From Candidatus Entotheonellaceae bacterium (GTDB taxonomy: Bacteria; Tectomicrobia; Entotheonellia; Entotheonellales; Entotheonellaceae), in assembly GCA_965238075.1 (NCBI GenBank), contig OZ250173.1, positions 1,152,001-1,216,000 on the forward strand: a stretch of 64,000 nt of DNA, written 5' to 3'. The notes under the pieces were generated by a model. That model was not told the DNA's origin and made no database searches. It saw only the letters and a program-made list of their open reading frames with translations. Both the position numbers and the translations under genes were made by a program. Below, piece by piece: positions 58,405-64,000 of this stretch. Within the stretch, counting starts at the first letter, position 1, and each line of letters starts with the position of its first letter.

Positions 58405-59604
58405 ATGATGCGATGGTTGCTCGTGGTGCTCGGCATCCTGGCGATGCTGCCAACGTGGACGGCGGCCGAGGAGCCGACGCTGACCGTGACGATGCGGTTG
58501 GCGGAGGCCGAGTGGGAGGTGATGCGGCGGGACATCCTGCCGACGTTCGAAATCCTTTGCGCTTGCAAGGTGCGCGCCATCGACGTGCCGCCGGAGGCCC
58601 TGGTGCAGCGGCTGAAGGCCATGCAACAGGCCGGACGCATGGACATTGACCTCTTCGCCCAGGACAACATGCGGCTGCAGGAACTGGTAGACGCCGGGTT
58701 GGTCTCCCCCCTGACGGATGAGGAATCTGAGATGTCTGAGGCGGTGTACCCGGCCTTGAAGGCCGCCGGCGTCATCGACGAGCAGCGCTACTTCGTTCCC
58801 TTCCGGCCCAACGTGCAGATCGCTTACTACAACGCCGACAAGTTCGCCGAGTACGATCTGCAGCCGCCGCGCACCTGGCCGGAGCTCCTCGCCGTGGCGC
58901 GTGCCTTCGCGGAGCGGGACGGCATCGGCAGGGTGCTGTTCAAAGGCGCGGGTGGGGCGCCGACGACCACCCAGCTCTACGAATGGATCGTTGCCGGTGG
59001 CGGTGACCCGTTTGACTTTGCCCATCCCGGCACCGTCGCCACGTTCGAGTTTCTGGCGTCCTTGCGCCCCTACCTTTCTCCTGAATCGCGCCGCGCCAAG
59101 TGGGACACGACCAACGACGCCCTGGCCCAGGACGCCGCCTTTCTGGCCCAGAATTGGCCGTTCGGCGTGCCGCTGCTGGTGAAGGATTACGGCAAGACGG
59201 CCATTCGCACCTATAGCGGTTGGGCCGGCCCGGCGCGGCAGGCGCACGTCATCGGCGGCGACGTGCTGGGCATTCCGGTCGGCGCTGGTAATCGGCGGCT
59301 GGCCCTGGCGATGATCCAATTCCTGCAAAGCCACATGGTGCAGGAAGCGCTAAGCGAGCGGCTTGGCTGGCCCAGCCTGCGTTCGGACGTTCGCACCGCC
59401 ACCGAGGCGTGGATGCGCCCGCACGCCGAGTCCGTCCAGGAAGCCCTGAGCCACGGCGTTTTTCGCGCCAACGTTGGCTACTGGGCCGATTACGAACGCC
59501 TCGCTAATGAGGCCGTACAGCGCATCCTGTGGCGCGCCGAGGCCCCTGCAACGGTGCTGCCGCCCCTCGCCGCACGCCTTGACGCTCTGAGGAAGCGTGA
59601 GTGA
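58405..59604 (+). CDS. Carbohydrate ABC transporter substrate-binding protein
   Basis: Signal peptide; YYNADKF, PPRTWPEL, NWPF, GGDVLGI. Confidence 0.85.
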   Translation: MMRWLLVVLGILAMLPTWTAAEEPTLTVTMRLAEAEWEVMRRDILPTFEILCACKVRAIDVPPEALVQRLKAMQQAGRMDIDLFAQDNMRLQELVDAGLVSPLTDEESEMSEAVYPALKAAGVIDEQRYFVPFRPNVQIAYYNADKFAEYDLQPPRTWPELLAVARAFAERDGIGRVLFKGAGGAPTTTQLYEWIVAGGGDPFDFAHPGTVATFEFLASLRPYLSPESRRAKWDTTNDALAQDAAFLAQNWPFGVPLLVKDYGKTAIRTYSGWAGPARQAHVIGGDVLGIPVGAGNRRLALAMIQFLQSHMVQEALSERLGWPSLRSDVRTATEAWMRPHAESVQEALSHGVFRANVGYWADYERLANEAVQRILWRAEAPATVLPPLAARLDALRKRE

Positions 59605-60503
59605 AATGGCGTCATCACTCGCTGACGCTCGTGCCGGCATTCAATACGCCCCGCCGACGCTCGTTGACTCGCTACGCGGGGCTGTGCCTCGGCTTGGCGC
59701 CCCTCACCCTGTACCTCGCTGCTCTGACCCTCGTTCCCGTTATCTCCACCCTGCTGCTCAGCCTGCAAACGCCGCAAGGCGACTGGGGGCTGGCGGCCTA
59801 CCGCGCTATCATCTCGCACTACCAGTTCGGCGAGGCCGTTGCCAACACGCTGCTGGTGACGGCCCTCGGGCTCAGCCTGGAATTGGCCCTCGGCTTGGCC
59901 GCGGCGCTGGCCTTGGCGGAACGCCGGCGCGCCCAGGGATGGGTGCGCGTCGCCTTGCTGGTACCGCTGGGGGTGCCGACGATCGTCGCCGCCTCGGCAA
60001 TGCGATACATTTTTGGCACCGTCGGCTATCTGAATGAGGTACTGTACCGCCTGGGGGTGATCGACCTGCCCATCGACTGGACCGGCAGCCGCTGGCTGGC
60101 CGTGGCCACGGTGGCCGTAGCCGACGCCTGGAAGGTCACGCCCCTGGTCATGCTCATCCTGCTCGCCGGCCTGCAAGCCATCCCCCGCCAGTTCTACGAA
60201 GCCGCCCGCACCGACGGCGCCACGCCGTGGCAGCAATTCCGCCGCATCACCCTGCCCCTGCTACGGCCTGCCATCACCATGGCGCTGATCGTACGCGGCG
60301 TGGACGCGTTCCGCATCTTCGCCCTGCCGCTGGCGCTGACCGGGCGCAGCCTGCCGGTCCTGTCCACCTATGCCTACGTCGAATACCTGGAGTACGGCAA
60401 CCCGCACACCGCGGCGGCGAGCAGTACCCTGCTATTGCTGATGATTCTGGTGGCCGTGGCCGCTTACCTGAAGCTCGCCGGACGCGAGGACGTGCTGCGG
60501 TGA
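59601..60503 (+). CDS. Carbohydrate ABC permease
   Basis: DAWKVTP, YEAARTDGA, ITLPLL. Confidence 0.9.
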   Translation: MKWRHHSLTLVPAFNTPRRRSLTRYAGLCLGLAPLTLYLAALTLVPVISTLLLSLQTPQGDWGLAAYRAIISHYQFGEAVANTLLVTALGLSLELALGLAAALALAERRRAQGWVRVALLVPLGVPTIVAASAMRYIFGTVGYLNEVLYRLGVIDLPIDWTGSRWLAVATVAVADAWKVTPLVMLILLAGLQAIPRQFYEAARTDGATPWQQFRRITLPLLRPAITMALIVRGVDAFRIFALPLALTGRSLPVLSTYAYVEYLEYGNPHTAAASSTLLLLMILVAVAAYLKLAGREDVLR

Positions 60504-61297
60504 GGCGTTTGCGGTTGCCGTTCCTGCTGGTGCTGGTGCTGTTCGCCGCCGCGCCGCTCTACGGGCTGCTGAAAATTTCGCTGAGCCCGCCGGCCGAGGT
60601 GATGACCGCGCACCCGACGCTGGTGCCGCACGATCTCACGTGGCGCCACTGGCAGCGCGTGCTCGAGGGCGGCCAGATTGGTGCGCCGCTGCGCAAAAGC
60701 CTACTGGTAGCCACCGTTACTACCGCGCTGGCGCTGCTTCTGGCCGGTCCGGCGGCGTACACTCTGGTGCAGTTGCCGCTGCGCTGGCGCTACGGGGTTC
60801 TGACTGGCCTGTTTCTCTGCCGCATGCTGCCGGAGGTCAGCGTGGCCATGCCCATCGCCGTGGTGTTCTTGCGCTGGGGTCTGATGGACACCGCCCTCGG
60901 CCTCACGCTGGCCCACCTGCCGATGGCACTGCCGGTCGCCGCCTGGGTTCTCACCACCGCCTTCGGGAACATCCCGCGCGACGTGGAAGAGGCCGCCGCC
61001 TTGGACGGCTGCAACCTGTGGCGCACCCTGGCGTACGTCATCATCCCCCTCGCCCTGCCCGGTGTCATCGTCGCCGCCCTGCTCGTCTGGCTGCTGTCGT
61101 GGGAGGAGTTCGTGCTGGCCACCTACCTTACCCTCGGCGATAAAACCATGTCGCTGCAGGTCTACTACTACCTATACCAGGGCAACGCCTTCGTCACCGC
61201 TGTCGCCGCCGTGATCATGACAGTCCCGGTGCTGCTGCTCAGCGCGCTGCTGCAGCGCTTCGTCCGGGAAACGAGTCTGGCGGGCGTGGTACGGTGA
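60500..61297 (+). CDS. Carbohydrate ABC permease
   Basis: EEAAALDGC, SWEEF; GTG start overlapping the upstream stop. Confidence 0.88.
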   Translation: MRRLRLPFLLVLVLFAAAPLYGLLKISLSPPAEVMTAHPTLVPHDLTWRHWQRVLEGGQIGAPLRKSLLVATVTTALALLLAGPAAYTLVQLPLRWRYGVLTGLFLCRMLPEVSVAMPIAVVFLRWGLMDTALGLTLAHLPMALPVAAWVLTTAFGNIPRDVEEAAALDGCNLWRTLAYVIIPLALPGVIVAALLVWLLSWEEFVLATYLTLGDKTMSLQVYYYLYQGNAFVTAVAAVIMTVPVLLLSALLQRFVRETSLAGVVR

Positions 61298-61386
61298 GTC
61301 AGCCACATTTCCTGACCTCTCTGTGTGTCCTGTTCAGGGGCACGATTTGTTTTGCAGCAATGGGGCCTTGATCGTACACTGCGGGC

Positions 61387-61548
61387 GTGACACAGACCCT
61401 CATCGGCAACACCCGCTGCTCCGCCGACAAGCAAGACCTCAGTGCCCAGCGGCGGGCCCTGTGGGACCTCGGCGTTTCTCCCAATCACATCGCTACCGAC
61501 CACGGTCTGACCGTGACCAGCCGCGCTCGCCCGCGCCCCCGGCGTTAA
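61387..61548 (+). pseudogene. Serine resolvase/invertase N-terminal remnant
   Basis: TLIGNTRCSADKQDLSAQRRALWDLGV...TDHGLT...RARP, a degenerate GYARxST motif. Confidence 0.7.
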
Positions 61549-61699
61549 CCGGGTTCAGATCGTAGAAATCGAGGCAGGCCGCAACAGCAGCTCGGTTCAC
61601 ATTCTTCGTAAGCTGGCCGATGCTCTCGGGATCACTGTGGACGACGTGATTCCGGTGGCAGACGGCGAGGCTTGCCAAAACAAGGACGTAACACGCTGA
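61541..61699 (+). pseudogene. XRE-family HTH C-terminal remnant
   Basis: GVNRVQIVEIEAGRNSSSVHILRKLADALGITVDDVI; no start codon. Confidence 0.65.
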
Positions 61700-61709
61700 G
61701 GTGATCGTC

Positions 61710-61907
61710 ATGACCAACAAGGAAACCCTGCGGTACCTGGTAACGGAAATGGCCGGCGCGACACTGTCGGAAGCGGAATGGGCGCAGGTGGAGACGCAGG
61801 CGGAAGTGTTGCAAACCGGGTTGAGGGCATTGGATGCGCTCGACCTAAGCGCGGCCGAGCCTGCGGTCGAGTTTGACTGTTCTGAGGAAAACGGCCATGG
61901 CGAATGA
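61710..61907 (+). CDS. Small GatC/AtzG-like protein preceding amidase
   Basis: 65 aa; LDALDLSAAEP; overlaps amidase start. Confidence 0.55.
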   Translation: MTNKETLRYLVTEMAGATLSEAEWAQVETQAEVLQTGLRALDALDLSAAEPAVEFDCSEENGHGE

Positions 61908-63315
61908 AGAATTGACCAGCGGGACGATTGCGGACATGGCGGCGCGCCTGCGCCAGGGCGAGGTGTCGCCGGTGGAAGTGACCGTCGCGCATCTGGCGCG
62001 CATCGAACGGCTGAACGAGACGCTGAAGGCGTATCTGACGGTGTTGCCGGAGCGCGCCATGGCCGCGGCGCGCCGGGCCGAAGCGGAAATACGGGGCGGC
62101 CAGTACCGGGGGCCATTGCACGGTGTGCCGGTGGCGGTGAAGGACCTATACGCCATCAAGGGCGAGCGCATGACCTGCGGCTCGACCATCATGGCGGAGC
62201 ACGTCGCCGAGCAGCAAGCAACCGTGAATCAGCGGCTGGAGGACGCCGGCGCTATTTTGCTGGGCACGCTGAACATGCACGAATTCGCCTGGGGCGGCAC
62301 CTCCATCAATCCGCACTACGGCACGCCGCGCAACCCGTGGGACGGCGAGCGCATTCCGGGCGGCTCCAGCGGCGGCTCAGGAGTGGCCACGGGGGCAGGA
62401 TTGGCCATGGCCACGCTGGGTTCGGACACCGGCGGCTCGATACGCATTCCGGCCTCGCTGAGCGGCGTGGTGGGCCTGAAACCGACTTACGGACGGGTGA
62501 GCCGCCACGGCGTTTACCCGCTGTGCTGGTCGCTGGATCACCCCGGCCCGCTGACCCGCAGTGTCGCCGACGCCGCGCTCATGCTGCAGGCCATCGCCGG
62601 ACACGATGCCAACGACCCTACCACCAGCCGCCTGCCCGTGCCGGATTATGCGCAGCAACTCACGGGCGACGTGCGCGGTTTGCGCGTCGGCGTGCCGCGC
62701 GCGCTGTTCTTTGATCAGATCGACCCGCAGGTGGCCGCGGCGGTGGAAGCCGCGGTGGCCGCATTGGACGGCCTCGGCGCCGCCTGCGTGGACGTGGACC
62801 TGCCGCTCATGCGCCACGTTCCGACCGCCTCGCTGACGTTAATGGTCGTGGAAGCATACGCGGTGCACGAAACCCTGCTGCGCAACCACTCGCAGGCATA
62901 CGGCTCCGATGTCCGCGTCCGCCTGGCGCTCGGCGCCACGGTCACCGGCGCGCAATACCTCAAGGCGCAGCGCTTCCGCTCGCTCCTGACCCAGGAGGTC
63001 TCGGAAGTCTTGCAGTCGGTGGACGCCCTCGTTACCCCCACAACCCTGATGACCGCCGCCCGCGTCGATGAGCCCGTGGTGCGCATCGCCGGGGAGGATG
63101 TCGTGGTGGCCGCCAACCTGGCGCGCTTCACCCGCGCCTTCAACATGACCGGCTCGCCGGCGCTGTCGCTGCCCTGTGGATTTGACGACAGGGGCCTTCC
63201 CATCGGCCTGCAGATCGTCGGGCGGCCGTTCGACGAGGGCACCGTGCTGCGCCTGGCGCACGCCTATGAGCAGCACACCCCATGGCACCAGCGGGCGCCG
63301 GTTCTGCCGGGGTGA
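61897..63315 (+). CDS. Amidase signature family enzyme
   Basis: GVPVAVKD, GGSSGGS, GSDTGGSIRIPA, GLKPTYGRV. Confidence 0.93.
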   Translation: MANEELTSGTIADMAARLRQGEVSPVEVTVAHLARIERLNETLKAYLTVLPERAMAAARRAEAEIRGGQYRGPLHGVPVAVKDLYAIKGERMTCGSTIMAEHVAEQQATVNQRLEDAGAILLGTLNMHEFAWGGTSINPHYGTPRNPWDGERIPGGSSGGSGVATGAGLAMATLGSDTGGSIRIPASLSGVVGLKPTYGRVSRHGVYPLCWSLDHPGPLTRSVADAALMLQAIAGHDANDPTTSRLPVPDYAQQLTGDVRGLRVGVPRALFFDQIDPQVAAAVEAAVAALDGLGAACVDVDLPLMRHVPTASLTLMVVEAYAVHETLLRNHSQAYGSDVRVRLALGATVTGAQYLKAQRFRSLLTQEVSEVLQSVDALVTPTTLMTAARVDEPVVRIAGEDVVVAANLARFTRAFNMTGSPALSLPCGFDDRGLPIGLQIVGRPFDEGTVLRLAHAYEQHTPWHQRAPVLPG

Positions 63316-63332
63316 CCGGGGAGGGAGGCGTC

Positions 63333-64000
63333 ATGAAAGCCGTCTACGTCGAGCAAACGGGCCCGCCGGAGGTGCTGATTTACGGCGACTTGCCGGCGCC
63401 GAGGCCGGGGCCGAACGACGTGCTGATCGGTGTGGCCGCCACATCGCTGAACCGCCTGGACATTTTCATGCGGGAAGGGTCGCACGGCACCCGCATCAGC
63501 CCGCCGCATATCCTGGGACGGGACATCGCCGGCGAGGTGGCGGGGCTCGGCTCCGAGGTGCAGGGCTTCCAGATCGGCGACCGCGTCGTCGCCAGCGGCA
63601 CCGGCAGTTACGCGGAATACGCCGTGGCCCCCGCCGAGCGCACCTTTCATCTCACGCAGAACTGTTCGTACGACGAGGCCGGGGCGCTGCCCACGGCGGG
63701 GCTGACGGCGTATCAGATGCTGATCAACCGCGCCCGCGTCCGGCCTGGGGAAAGGGTGCTGGTGATGGCCGCCGGCAGCGGCGTCAGCAGCTTCGCCGTG
63801 CAGATCGCCAAGGCCGTTGGCGCGCGCGTCATCGCCACCGCAGGGAGCGGCGACAAGCTGAGCCAGGCGCGTCTGATCGGTGCCGAGGCGGTGATCAACC
63901 ACTACACGGAGGACGTGAGCGCACGGGTACGGGAACTGACCGACGGCGAGGGGGTGGACGTGATCATCGAGCACGTCGGCGCCGCGGTGTGGCCGGCCTG
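63333..64000 (+). CDS. MDR/quinone oxidoreductase-like dehydrogenase, runs off window
   Basis: MKAVYVEQTGPPEVL...SLNRLD...AAGSGV. Confidence 0.85.
   Translation, partial: MKAVYVEQTGPPEVLIYGDLPAPRPGPNDVLIGVAATSLNRLDIFMREGSHGTRISPPHILGRDIAGEVAGLGSEVQGFQIGDRVVASGTGSYAEYAVAPAERTFHLTQNCSYDEAGALPTAGLTAYQMLINRARVRPGERVLVMAAGSGVSSFAVQIAKAVGARVIATAGSGDKLSQARLIGAEAVINHYTEDVSARVRELTDGEGVDVIIEHVGAAVWPA

Noticed and set aside
61873-63315. Calling the amidase gatA
   Set aside because: No gatB nearby, and motifs such as MHEFAWG fit general amidases better

Overview
High-GC bacterial chromosome segment. F420-type oxidoreductases, a Sel1-repeat protein, deltaproteobacteria-like core genes and many decayed loci suggest a host-associated lineage such as Tectomicrobia; this is inference only. 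Core and metabolic genes include argD, arfB, sufS-sufU, fabI, radC, purF, rplU-rpmA-obgE-proB-rsfS, parE-parC, three ABC systems and an amidase. Two stories are hidden from the ORF track. (1) Selenium: an NDH-SelD fusion; a rhodanese whose catalytic Cys codon is UGA followed by a SECIS-like hairpin; and a damaged linalool dehydratase/isomerase-like gene in which both catalytic Cys positions are UGA (U-E-x6-Q-U), with an fdhF-like SECIS after the second. (2) A roughly 5 kb defence island between diverged direct repeats: intact cas3, hicBA inserted between cas3 and cse1, a 20-codon cse1 stub fused exactly to a 2-repeat type I-E CRISPR remnant, and a frameshifted OLD/AAA-type ATPase. All product calls come from motif recognition by eye; no database searches were run.
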